Positions 52,386 through 62,084 of a DNA stretch of 64,000 nucleotides are shown piece after piece. Position numbers and translations under genes: made by a program. The stretch spans positions 128,001-192,000 of the forward strand of contig CAVSLC010000011.1 of the NCBI GenBank assembly GCA_963728565.1, given 5' to 3'. Position 1 is the first letter of the stretch. Each line of letters starts with the position of its first letter. The stretch is from an uncultured delta proteobacterium. Lineage in GTDB: Bacteria > Desulfobacterota > Binatia > UBA9968. The notes under the pieces are model-generated. The model was not told where the DNA came from. It saw only the letters and a list, made by a program, of their open reading frames with translations, and ran no database searches.

Positions 52386-53341
52386 CCAACCAACATCAGG
52401 AACTTTTTCGCCGTCAGAAAACCAATCCTATATTGAGCGCTACCGATTGGCCCTATCCAATCAACAGCGTTTTTAATCCGGGCGCGACTTTGCTGGCGGA
52501 TGGCACGACTCTGCTGTTGTGCCGCGTCGAAGACAGGCGCGGCCATTCTCATCTGACTGTCGCTCGTTCTACCAACGGCGTGGACAATTGGCAGATCGAA
52601 TCACGGCCTACTTTCCGAGCCGACCCTGAACAGTTCCCCGAAGAGCTCTGGGGCATCGAAGATCCACGCATTACCTATGTCCCCGAGTTGAGCAAATATG
52701 CTGTCGTTTATACCGCTTTCACACGCGACGGGCCGGGAGTTTCACTTGCGCTCACAGAAGATTTTCATAAATTCGAGCGCTACGGCGTCATCATGCCGCC
52801 GGAAGACAAGGATGCGGCTTTGCTTCCCTACCGGATCGAAGGGCAGTGGGCGCTGATCCACCGCCCGGTCAGTGCTCCACGAGCGCACATGTGGTTGTCT
52901 TATTCGCCGGACCTGCGCCACTGGGGCAATCACAAGTTGATGTTAGAGGCACGTCGCGGAGCATGGTGGGATGCCAATAAAATCGGTCTCTCACCGCCAC
53001 CGATCGAAACCCCTCAAGGGTGGCTGGTGATTTACCATGGCGTACGCCATACCGCGGCGGGCTCCATCTACCGGCTGGGGCTTGCTCTATTTGATTTGTA
53101 CGCCCCGGAACATTGCTTGAAGCGCGGCGACGAATGGATTTTCGGCCCGCAAGAAACCTACGAGCAGCGCGGCGACGTCGACAACGTGGTATTTCCATGC
53201 GGGTACACGATGGCGCCTGACGGCGATACTGTTCGGATATATTACGGCGCCGCAGATACCACCATCGGGCTGGCGACAGGTAGCTTGCGCGCGATGCTGG
53301 ACTGGCTTGAGAAGCATCAATCAAAAATTGTCGAGCGCTAG
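52382..53341 (+). CDS. GH130 family glycosidase/mannoside phosphorylase
   Basis: VFNPGA, EDPRIT, DKDAAL, NVVFPCG, YYGAAD; ATGA coupling to GT4. Confidence 0.9.
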   Translation: MTNQHQELFRRQKTNPILSATDWPYPINSVFNPGATLLADGTTLLLCRVEDRRGHSHLTVARSTNGVDNWQIESRPTFRADPEQFPEELWGIEDPRITYVPELSKYAVVYTAFTRDGPGVSLALTEDFHKFERYGVIMPPEDKDAALLPYRIEGQWALIHRPVSAPRAHMWLSYSPDLRHWGNHKLMLEARRGAWWDANKIGLSPPPIETPQGWLVIYHGVRHTAAGSIYRLGLALFDLYAPEHCLKRGDEWIFGPQETYEQRGDVDNVVFPCGYTMAPDGDTVRIYYGAADTTIGLATGSLRAMLDWLEKHQSKIVER

Positions 53342-53395
53342 AAATCTTTTTTAAACGAGGCGGGCGTGAGCGCGAGCGTCTCGATCGAGGTCAAC

Positions 53396-53626
53396 GTGAA
53401 CAATAATCTTCTATACAAAAATTATTTCATCGATTGTGAATCATTCCAGCGCGAGAAGCACGGCAGCTGGGTTCCGCAATACACAATCACCCGGCAGGTA
53501 ACTGAATCAAATGAGTTCCCGTCGCATCAGTATCAATTCACTCATACATTGCCCACTAAAAACGAGGCCGACTGTTTCGCCGTGCAAAAGGCACAGGAGT
53601 GGATCGACAAGAACCAAAAACCCTGA
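53396..53626 (+). CDS. Small hypothetical protein (YK...AQEWID family)
   Basis: GAGG plus GTG; near-duplicate at 57550. Confidence 0.7.
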   Translation: MNNNLLYKNYFIDCESFQREKHGSWVPQYTITRQVTESNEFPSHQYQFTHTLPTKNEADCFAVQKAQEWIDKNQKP

Positions 53627-53906
53627 GGAGTTCTGTGGGGTGGAATTACCTTGACGATGATGAAATGTATCTCGAGGAGAGTTCGTCGCTATCTCGATTT
53701 CCTGCCAGAGCGCAGATTCTCTTCAGGGCAAGATTGACAAGCGCCTCAATTGAGACTGATGCTCTTCTGGCTGTTTGCCGACCAATATCCCTCTGATATC
53801 ACATACCATCGCTTTGTGGTGCGCAGCGGCACCACAAGCTGATTTGAACCCGCAATCCTGCCTTGACTGGTTTGCTTCTACTGGGAGATTCTCAGATTGA
53901 TTCTTT

Positions 53907-53922
53907 TGTTCAGTATTGGACA
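53907..53922 (+). promoter_or_regulatory. Crp-family-like palindrome TGTTC-AGTATT-GGACA
   Basis: Followed by GCAATCC, as is the 57094 site. Confidence 0.6.
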
Positions 53923-54005
53923 GCAATCCCTCTGCAGGGATGTGCAAGGTAAGCGAATGCGACCCGTGATAGAGCCCTAACGGATTGAACCGTTGAGAAA
54001 ACATT

Positions 54006-54278
54006 ATGATGATTGTGCTAGGTCACTTCCTTATTGCAGCAGCAGCCGCAATCGCAACATCAGCGATCATCGGGTATTTTCTTACTAAATTGCTGCTTCG
54101 GTTACTTCAAAAGGTGGATCGTTCGATCAGACTTTACAGAGGGAAGGTCCCTGCGTTTTCTGCTCCCCGCATCTCACCGACGCCGCTCTCAAACGTATCA
54201 AAGAGCTTCTCCGGCAATGGAGCAGAAGAAGTTTGGGAGTACACAGACCCGGCTCCCAGAGAAAAAGTCGTGATATAG
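54006..54278 (+). CDS. Small membrane hypothetical protein
   Basis: N-terminal TM; downstream of the motif. Confidence 0.5.
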   Translation: MMIVLGHFLIAAAAAIATSAIIGYFLTKLLLRLLQKVDRSIRLYRGKVPAFSAPRISPTPLSNVSKSFSGNGAEEVWEYTDPAPREKVVI

Positions 54279-54500
54279 AAAAAGGCCTCCCTCAACGCCA
54301 AGCAAAATGATGTATAGGTCGAAAAGAGGCGTTGCCACGATTGTTACGCCGGAGGCTGTGGGTCCAGGTTCTCTAAAAGCGATATATAAAGATAGATAAG
54401 CGGCTGAGCGCGTTTCTTTCGAAACATCGAAGGTTGCCGGTGGAATAACTGCGCGGCCAATCGGGCGTGATTCCCTTATTGCAAGAATTCTTTTCTACCC

Positions 54501-54516
54501 TGTTCACTATTAGACA
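54501..54516 (+). promoter_or_regulatory. Crp-family-like palindrome TGTTC-ACTATT-AGACA
   Basis: Consensus match upstream of 54746. Confidence 0.7.
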
Positions 54517-54745
54517 AGGCGCAATTGCTTCCAGCCTAGACGATGGTTATCTTAAACATCGATACGCAGCTGTGTAATGGATTTTCAAAAGCTGTAATGG
54601 CGCGCAAGAGGTAAGAAGACTGGGCCACGCTCTGAGCAGTGGCATGGGCTTCCGCTCCGGTTTGATTAGCGAACGTATTCCGCGGTTCCCCCACTCCCTC
54701 TTCCAATATCCGAAGGCTATCAGGAGCCCTTCAAGGAGAGAGTTT

Positions 54746-55309
54746 ATGAATCCTCTATATATTATCGCCATCCCGTTAGCGTTGGTGATCATAGGCATGA
54801 TTTTGAACAGCACCGGCCTTGCTTACGATCAACCACCGAGTTCACAAGAACAAGATCCTACGAAAAAACTGGCGGCGGATAAGGAGACCTACCGGAAGTT
54901 CTTCAATCTCCAGAGAACCCGATCGGTCACCAGGCAGAAAAGGGTGGGCCAGTATAGCTGGTTGGTTATGGCCGCCTTTATCGGCGCCTTCATCTGGCTC
55001 TATACCGATACCGTCAACAAGACCAGCCTGTCGAGTCGCATTGCCGGGATGCAAACCTTGGCAACGGAAGAAGGCAAGCAGATGGTCCTGTCGGTGACAC
55101 AGAGCGACGGCACCAACGTCAAATATCTGATTAAATTACCTCAAGCCGACAAACTGGCGGAAACCACTAAAGCACAAGAAGCCGTTACCAAAGAAAAGGT
55201 CTCATCCTGGGAGCTGGAGAGACTGGGCACGGCTTTGAGCATCGGCAATAATTCACTGCCAAACGGCATCGCGCTGCAGATGTCCCAAGCAGCAGTCGAA
55301 GCCAGATAG
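54746..55309 (+). CDS. Hypothetical membrane protein (2 TM), paralog A
   Basis: AAGGAG RBS; highly similar to 58003-58542. Confidence 0.8.
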   Translation: MNPLYIIAIPLALVIIGMILNSTGLAYDQPPSSQEQDPTKKLAADKETYRKFFNLQRTRSVTRQKRVGQYSWLVMAAFIGAFIWLYTDTVNKTSLSSRIAGMQTLATEEGKQMVLSVTQSDGTNVKYLIKLPQADKLAETTKAQEAVTKEKVSSWELERLGTALSIGNNSLPNGIALQMSQAAVEAR

Positions 55310-55332
55310 AGTCCGGATTCTAGGGATCCACA

Positions 55333-55368
55333 TCAGGCTTGAGGTGGCGAGTCGCACCTCAAGCCTGA
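55333..55368. terminator. Strong hairpin after paralog A
   Basis: TCAGGCTTGAGGTG-loop-CACCTCAAGCCTGA, 14-bp stem, no U-tract. Confidence 0.55.
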
Positions 55369-55870
55369 GATTGTTATCCCGACGTTTAGTTGTCTCCAGT
55401 TGATGATCGCCCTAGATGACGAAAATCGCAGCGCCGATCATCTAGCAGAACAACTGCGAGGTATCGAATCCAATATTCCCGACGTCGTCAAATTACTGCA
55501 ACAGATTTCTGAACAGCAGAAACAGTATCGCGGCGAAGTTAGAGAAATGCTGATGCGGAGCGATCCATTCGCGTTCTCGCTTGCCTGACGTTCTATAGGT
55601 CCGTGAATTCTTTGTCCTCTTGGGCACCGGTACAAGTGTAAAGATCCTAGAATAGCCGGAGCTGCTAACGTAAATGCGGTAATTGTACTTGCGGTTCGCT
55701 CGAGGTGGACACACTGGAGACTTCCATGAAATCGCCCGTTACGTTTGGAAAAAAACTGCAGTGATCCCGATGCCAAGAAGCTTCTGCCGCCGATCCGGCT
55801 TACGGATTATGCCATGAGCAACTGGGCCACTCACCTATTCGCTCGCCGAGAGCAGTACTCGAGAAGAGCA

Positions 55871-56758
55871 ATGAATCTGAAAGCGCCATGGATGCTCATC
55901 AAGGATACCTTTGTTCAATGGCTCGACGATAACCCGCTCCAATTAGCGGCTGCGCTGGCTTATTACACTTTATTCTCCATGGCTCCTCTCCTGTTGATCG
56001 CGATCGCGGTCGCTGGCTTAGTGTTCGGGCGGGACGCTTCCCAACTTCAGATTATCGGGGTGATTGAGGATTTCATCGGAGTTCGTGGTGCACAGGCAAT
56101 CCAGGCGATAATCGAAAGCGCAGGTCAAAGGCCCGACTCAGGTTTTTTCGCCTCCGTTATAGCCATCATTTTCTTGTTTTTGGGGGCGGGAGGTGTAGTA
56201 GGACAGCTGCAAGAATCGCTTAATACAATTTGGCGAGTCGTGCCGAAAACCGGTCGAGGGGTCAGAGGGTTTTTGCAGGACCGTTTGATCTCTTATCTAA
56301 TGGTGTTAAGCGTCGGCTTCTTGTTACTCGTCTCTTTAATAATCAGCGCGGCGTTAGCAGTGATTTCGGGAATACTCGGCGGCTTTCTGACCATCGACGC
56401 TGCTACGGCATACGCTTTAGATCTCGCTTTCTCGTTTGCGTTCAACACACTGCTGTTCGCCGCGATATATAAATTCGTGCCTGACGTGCGCATTGAATGG
56501 CGGGATGTCTGGATGGGAGCTGCCATGACGTCCTTGCTATTTTCCGCCGGCAAATTCTTGATCGCCTTTTATCTGGGTCACAGCACGGCGACATCCATTT
56601 ATGGTGCGGCCGGTTCAGTGGTGACGCTGCTTTTGTGGATCTACTATTCATCACTTATGTTCTTCTTCGGTGCCAAGTTAACCCAAGTCTACGCGAGCCG
56701 GTACGGATCTAAAGCCACCTCCGTGAACTGTGCGCGAAGCGCTAAACCGGCGGACTAA
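55871..56758 (+). CDS. YihY/BrkB family membrane protein
   Basis: AAALAYYTLFSMAP, YGAAGSVVTLLLWIYYS. Confidence 0.9.
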   Translation: MNLKAPWMLIKDTFVQWLDDNPLQLAAALAYYTLFSMAPLLLIAIAVAGLVFGRDASQLQIIGVIEDFIGVRGAQAIQAIIESAGQRPDSGFFASVIAIIFLFLGAGGVVGQLQESLNTIWRVVPKTGRGVRGFLQDRLISYLMVLSVGFLLLVSLIISAALAVISGILGGFLTIDAATAYALDLAFSFAFNTLLFAAIYKFVPDVRIEWRDVWMGAAMTSLLFSAGKFLIAFYLGHSTATSIYGAAGSVVTLLLWIYYSSLMFFFGAKLTQVYASRYGSKATSVNCARSAKPAD

Positions 56759-57093
56759 AGATTGGAAATCTACGTAAGGTTCTCCGAGTCAAACTGGGCG
56801 ATCGATACAGACGAGCGGCCAAAAGTGCTTGCAGAAACTTAGACGCTATATCGACCCCAACGACTATCTAGTGATGATGCCTCTTGATCGGGGTTTATTA
56901 ACCTCGGGGCGGCGAGAAGAATTCACCACGTACACTTCTGACAAGAGTTTTACGAGTCCCCAAGAAACACAGATGGAGGCGATCGCAGACACTCGAAAAT
57001 GGATCGATAGCCGGTAAGCCCGTTCTAACGAGGGCGGGGTTAATAGCACGGATTAATGAGGCCAGTCCTTTAGCCTGTATAATGTTTGAGACG

Positions 57094-57109
57094 TGTCTCG
57101 TACTAGACA
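57094..57109 (+). promoter_or_regulatory. Crp-family-like palindrome TGTCT-CGTACT-AGACA
   Basis: Perfect half-site symmetry, about 50 bp before ORF 57159. Confidence 0.65.
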
Positions 57110-57158
57110 GCAATCCGTCATTGAATGAGCAAAGATAGCGTCTAGAGGAACAAAGCCT

Positions 57159-57389
57159 ATGGACCACTACTACAAATCGCACAGCATTCTAATCACCACC
57201 TGGGGTCGCATGGACGGCTTCACGCCGGAGATTCGCATCAATAAACAACTGGCTCCCCTCGTCTTCGAGACGTTGAAAATAAACCAGCCGTTTCCTACCA
57301 AAGCAGAAGCTGCACGTTTTGCCCTCGAAGTCGCCAAAAAATGGATTGACGATGGCAAACCTATCCCTCATAAGCATGAATTGAAATGA
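57159..57389 (+). CDS. Small hypothetical protein (YK...AKKWID family)
   Basis: Homolog of 17747-17983; GAGGA RBS. Confidence 0.72.
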   Translation: MDHYYKSHSILITTWGRMDGFTPEIRINKQLAPLVFETLKINQPFPTKAEAARFALEVAKKWIDDGKPIPHKHELK

Positions 57390-57549
57390 CTTGGGTTCCC
57401 GCGATGTCGCATCCCAACCGAGGACAGGGCTGGCGAGAGGTAGTTTGCGGCGGGATCCTGGAGCGGCTTGAGAATCATCAGTCAAAAATTGCCGAGCGCT
57501 ATTTGTAAACGCGGCGGGCGTAATTGCGAGCGTCTTCATCGGGGTTACC

Positions 57550-57771
57550 GTGAAAAATGCTCTGTTGTACAGAAACTATCTCATCGGTTGTGAATCATTC
57601 CAGCGGGAGAAGCACGGTAGCTCGGTTCCTCAATACACAATTATCCGGCACGTAACCGAAGCAAACGATTTCCCGTCACATCCGTTCAATTCAGTCACGC
57701 ATTGCCGACTAAGAATGAGGCCGACCCGTTACGCGGCGCAAAAAGCACAGGAATGGATCGACAAGAACTAA
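57550..57771 (+). pseudogene. Degenerate duplicate of 53396-53626
   Basis: CESFQREKHGS shared; compensating indels scramble the LPTKNEAD segment. Confidence 0.65.
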
Positions 57772-58002
57772 AAGCCCTGATCGGTTCTATATCGTCGAGT
57801 AAATACTCGCGAAGCTATGTCTCACCGGAAGCTTGCCGTTTCGAATCTGTTTCAGAGCTCTAGGAGTGATCGGAGCGGCCAGATGAAATAGCACCGTTGG
57901 GACTGATGCTCTTCTTCAACGGATCTCTGTGGAAGATGAACTCGAGTCGCCGTTCGGCGCCTCGAGCCCGTTGAACCTGGTCAATCTGCTTGTCTGACTT
58001 CG

Positions 58003-58542
58003 TTAGTGGGAAATCTTCAATGCCATGCCTAACGGTAACGGATTGTTACCGACGCTTAAGGCCGTGCCTAGTCTCTCGAGTTCCCAAGACGACACCTTTT
58101 CTACCGTCGAACCTTCTTTCGGCGCAGCTTCCAACTTTTCGGCTTGAGGAAGTTTGACTAAGTATTTTACGTTATTGCCATCGCTCAACGTCACCGATAA
58201 AACCATCTGTTTGCCTTCTTCTGTTCCCAGGGTTTGAAGCGCGGCGATTCGGCTGGAGAGGCTGGTCTTATTCACCGTGTCCGTATACAGCCAAATGAAC
58301 GCGCCGATGAATGCGGCCATCACAAGCCAGCTATACTGGCTCACCCGTTTTTGCCGCTTTAAGGATCGGCTTCTCTGGAGATCGAAGAATTTACGATAAG
58401 ATTCCTTCTCCGCAGTCAGTTTTTTGATCGGATCTTGCTCCGGTGAGCTCGCCGGTTGATCGTAAGAGAGCCCAGTGCTGTTCAGTATCATGCCCAGGAT
58501 CACCAATGCTAAGGGAATGGCGATGATCAATAGAGGATTCAT
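58003..58542 (-). CDS. Hypothetical membrane protein, paralog B
   Basis: QYSWLVMAAFIGAFIWLYTDTVNKTSLSSRIA identical to paralog A. Confidence 0.8.
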   Translation of the reverse strand: MNPLLIIAIPLALVILGMILNSTGLSYDQPASSPEQDPIKKLTAEKESYRKFFDLQRSRSLKRQKRVSQYSWLVMAAFIGAFIWLYTDTVNKTSLSSRIAALQTLGTEEGKQMVLSVTLSDGNNVKYLVKLPQAEKLEAAPKEGSTVEKVSSWELERLGTALSVGNNPLPLGMALKISH

Positions 58543-58991
58543 AACGCTCCTTTGAGGCTCTCGATAGCCTTTGGATATGGGAAGAGGAAGGGATCAGAAC
58601 CGCTAAGATCGCTACCACCAGTGAGGGTGTGGCGGGGCCTTTTACCTCTTACGCGCCAGTACGGCTGAAGGAAAAAGTTTACGTGTCAACTCTATCCGAA
58701 TGGAAGCGCTGTAGCAAGGATGAGGCGTCGACGCCAGGAGTTTCTCAGGAGCCAAAACTCTCGCCGCGGCTTACGAACTACATTGCCCGATGTTTCGCAC
58801 CAGAACAGAAGAATCGTTGCGAACGGCAATTGCCGGCTTGAAATCGCATGAACGCGTCGCCGAAATTGTTCATTCCAGCGCGCGTACATGCGATGCTTGA
58901 TGTCATCGATGAAGCGGTCGGCTCTGTGACGGAAAGCTTCCCGCCGATGTCTTCCCAGGGCTAATTTCTGGGATGCTTGCACACTCGAGCG

Positions 58992-59909
58992 TTATAGTTT
59001 GAAACCAGCGTTATTCAAGCCTTCTTTGAGTTCGGCCTTGTCTTTCTCCGTAAACGGCATCGTTTCCCAACGCGGGAAGCGCTCCACTTGCAAACCGCGG
59101 AGCTTCATCAACTCGCAGAACACGCCGCGCCCGTGAGTCTTTAAATACTTGCCGACCACCTGCATGAGCCGGGTGAGCAGATCGTGTTCCTTTTGCGCTC
59201 CTTTGAGGTCGCCCAATTTCAAGGCTTCGTACATTTTTACACAGGCTTCAGGGAAAGGCGTTGACGGCGGATGAATCGCGCCGCGCACGCCCACGGAGTA
59301 ACCCGTATACAGCGAAAAAATCCCGCCTGGAAAAACTCCGGTAGACTTCGGCAGCTGGTATACGTAACCCAGCAGTTTGTCATAGGCGATAAAAGAAACC
59401 TTGATGCCGGCGAGCGGGTTGGGCGCAATCGCTTCGATGATTTTGTTAGCTTTGGCTGGAGTAATCTCGACCCACGTCGTTTCGGTGTTGTCGTAGATAA
59501 AGAGCGGCACGCCCGGCACCGACTTGGCGATCGCCTTGTAGTGAGCGTACACCTCGTAATCGTCGTGGGGATAATAGTATGGGGGTACAACTCCGATTGC
59601 GTCCACGCCAAGGCTGGCCGCGTGCTTGGCCAATTCGATGGAGGAATAGGTATTGGCCGTGCCGATGTGCATGACGACGGGCACTTTTCCGGCAACGCGC
59701 TTAACGATCTGCTCGGCCACCTTCTTGCGCTCGTCGATCTCCATAACCATGCCTTGACCGTGAGTGCCTAAAGGAAAAAAGCCGTGCACTCCCGACGCAA
59801 GATAGAAATCGATGATGGCGTCAGTCGCATTGTGGTCGATGGCGCCGTCGTTCTTGAAAGCCACCGGCATCGGCATCAAAATCCCTTCGATCTTTCTGTC
59901 ACTGGGCAT
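58992..59909 (-). CDS. Dihydrodipicolinate synthase/N-acetylneuraminate lyase family protein
   Basis: GTHGQG, VPPYYY, IYDN, GIK Schiff-base Lys. Confidence 0.88.
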   Translation of the reverse strand: MPSDRKIEGILMPMPVAFKNDGAIDHNATDAIIDFYLASGVHGFFPLGTHGQGMVMEIDERKKVAEQIVKRVAGKVPVVMHIGTANTYSSIELAKHAASLGVDAIGVVPPYYYPHDDYEVYAHYKAIAKSVPGVPLFIYDNTETTWVEITPAKANKIIEAIAPNPLAGIKVSFIAYDKLLGYVYQLPKSTGVFPGGIFSLYTGYSVGVRGAIHPPSTPFPEACVKMYEALKLGDLKGAQKEHDLLTRLMQVVGKYLKTHGRGVFCELMKLRGLQVERFPRWETMPFTEKDKAELKEGLNNAGFKL

Positions 59910-60045
59910 AAAGACTCCTTTCGGGCTTGGATCGATATCAAGTTTCCGTACCCATATCGCACCATCGCCGACAATTCCAGCCGATATGCGTTTCGAACGG
60001 AAGCCAAAGGTGATAGAAAACTATTATCTCACGCAGGAGGCGGTA

Positions 60046-60558
60046 ATGGCAGAAAAGAATCCTACGGTAACGGTATCAACGAGCATGGGAGACATACAAA
60101 TCGAGCTTGAAGCGGACAAGGCGCCGATCACGACGAGAAATTTCCTGGATTATGTCAATGACGGATTTTATGACGGTCTGATTTTTCATCGGGTGATTCC
60201 CGGTTTCATGATTCAGGGTGGCGGAATGGACCCGCAGATGAAACAGAAGAGCACCAAGTCGCCAATTAAGAACGAAGCGACAAACGGTTTGAAAAACAAA
60301 AACGGCACAGTCGCGATGGCGCGAACCAACGTCGTCGACAGCGCTACCGCTCAGTTTTTCATCAACGTTAAAGATAACGATTTCCTGGATCACCGGAGCA
60401 CGTCTGCGGATGCGTTCGGATATGCAGTTTTCGCCCGCGTCATCGACGGCATGGACGTGGTGCAGAAGATTGAAAAGGTCAAGACGAGTAGCAGCGGAAT
60501 GCATCAAGACGTTCCGGTGGATCCGGTTGTCATCAACTCGGTGCGGGTGGACCGCTAG
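60046..60558 (+). CDS. Cyclophilin-type peptidyl-prolyl isomerase
   Basis: [28 protein letters not shown]; GGAGG plus ATG 60046. Confidence 0.93.
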   Translation: MAEKNPTVTVSTSMGDIQIELEADKAPITTRNFLDYVNDGFYDGLIFHRVIPGFMIQGGGMDPQMKQKSTKSPIKNEATNGLKNKNGTVAMARTNVVDSATAQFFINVKDNDFLDHRSTSADAFGYAVFARVIDGMDVVQKIEKVKTSSSGMHQDVPVDPVVINSVRVDR

Positions 60559-60724
60559 AGCGACCGGTTCAGACCTGTCGCAGAGCCGCGTCGGATTCAG
60601 ATGCTAATCCTATGGTCCCATGCCCGTATTCGCGTGGCGGTCGTCATGCGAAGTTCACGCCGCCACATGGATAGCACCATAGCAGGATGCAATGAACCTT
60701 AAACGGGGACCCGCTAGGTGACGC

Positions 60725-61480
60725 CTATGACGTCCAGACCCCTTTGGGATCGTATTTTCTGATAGCAGACAGTTCATCGATGGTCGGCGCCGCAGTCTCC
60801 TGAATGTCCGGCGATATCCGGAGCGGCCAACCCGTTTCATTCTTGATGTTCTCGATGCTCACTCCCGGATGGTTGGCGGTTAGCATCATTTCACGCGTGT
60901 TGGCATCGAATGAGAATATGCCCATGCTGGTAATCACCCGGCTCGGCCCTCCCCCGATGAGACCGTTGCGCGAGCGCCAATCACCACCATCGCCAAACCC
61001 GGGAGAGGTAATGTAATGAACTCTGGCTGGGAAACGGTGCCGTTCATGGTTCATGATGATGATGCACCGCTTGGCCATCGTCGCGATGTCCGCAGCGCCG
61101 CCGCTGCCCGGCAAACGAATCGGTTTGCGGTTCTCTTCGACCCAGTGCGTATTCAGGTTGCCAAATCGATCCACTTCCGCGCCGCCGATGAAACCTAAAT
61201 CGATTCGATTACTCTGCAAAAGATGCATCACGTCGTTCAGTCCGGCGCAACTCAATGCGCGCGCCACATTGGCTGGATCGCTCATGGTTAGGATCGATTC
61301 GAGCGCCGGCCAGTCTCTGACAACCCCATTTTCGAAAATACCAATGGCGCTTGGCGCATGAGTCTCCTTGGCTACGGCAAAGCCGAGAAGCGGCAGGCGC
61401 ATGCCAACAAAGACTTTATCGCCGTCGCGAATTTCCCGGGAAGCGGCGGCAACCATCAGTTCTCGCAACGTATAATTCAT
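60725..61480 (-). CDS. CoA-transferase beta subunit (glutaconate CoA-transferase-like)
   Basis: FENG catalytic Glu, GGAEVDRFGNLN, LPGSGGA. Confidence 0.9.
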   Translation of the reverse strand: MNYTLRELMVAAASREIRDGDKVFVGMRLPLLGFAVAKETHAPSAIGIFENGVVRDWPALESILTMSDPANVARALSCAGLNDVMHLLQSNRIDLGFIGGAEVDRFGNLNTHWVEENRKPIRLPGSGGAADIATMAKRCIIIMNHERHRFPARVHYITSPGFGDGGDWRSRNGLIGGGPSRVITSMGIFSFDANTREMMLTANHPGVSIENIKNETGWPLRISPDIQETAAPTIDELSAIRKYDPKGVWTS

Positions 61481-61614
61481 AGCGGCTATCCCGAGTCACT
61501 CGTGAGAGCGATCGGAGAACGAGCTGTCTCGGAGTCTTCTAAAGAGCATGGCTAATTCGACCTGGGACTTCGGCGGCCGGGGTGTCGCGGCCCGCTGCCA
61601 CTACAACATCAACG

Positions 61615-62052
61615 CTAGTCTGCCTTGTTGAACGCATCTACGCCGGCCTGGCAAATCTGTTTGTCGACGGCGGCAGGGGCGCCACTAACACCGACGGCGC
61701 CAATGCATTGGCCTTCGATCGTGAGAGGGATGCCGCCTTCGATGCTGATGAACCAGCCGGGACCGACAGCCAAAGTTTGCGCGAGAACTTGGTGATCGGG
61801 AATCTCGCCGCCTTCCCGGTTGGTCTTGCCGGTTGCCGCTGTCGTTAGCGCGGCCGAGCGGGCTTTGGCTAGCGCGATCATCGTGTTGTGGGTCCGTCCA
61901 TTAGTCATTCTTTTGAATGAAAACAGGTGACCGCCGCTATCGACCACCGCGATACTGACGATCTGCTTGAGCTCTTTGGCTTTTTCCACGGCGGTGTTGA
62001 CAATGATGTCGGCGCCTTCTTGAGTTAACTTAAAAAACGGTGCTGCCTTCAT
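61615..62052 (-). CDS. GlcG/HbpS family heme-binding protein
   Basis: IAVVDSGG, ALAKARSA, GGIPL...GAVGVSG. Confidence 0.88.
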   Translation of the reverse strand: MKAAPFFKLTQEGADIIVNTAVEKAKELKQIVSIAVVDSGGHLFSFKRMTNGRTHNTMIALAKARSAALTTAATGKTNREGGEIPDHQVLAQTLAVGPGWFISIEGGIPLTIEGQCIGAVGVSGAPAAVDKQICQAGVDAFNKAD

Positions 62053-62084
62053 GGCTCCTCCTGCGTGATAATAGTTTTCCTGAT

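Noticed and set aside
58791-58807. Eighth Crp-like box upstream of paralog B (TGTTC-N7-AAACA on the minus strand)
   Set aside because: The spacer is 7 bp and lacks the TAYT core; at best degenerate.
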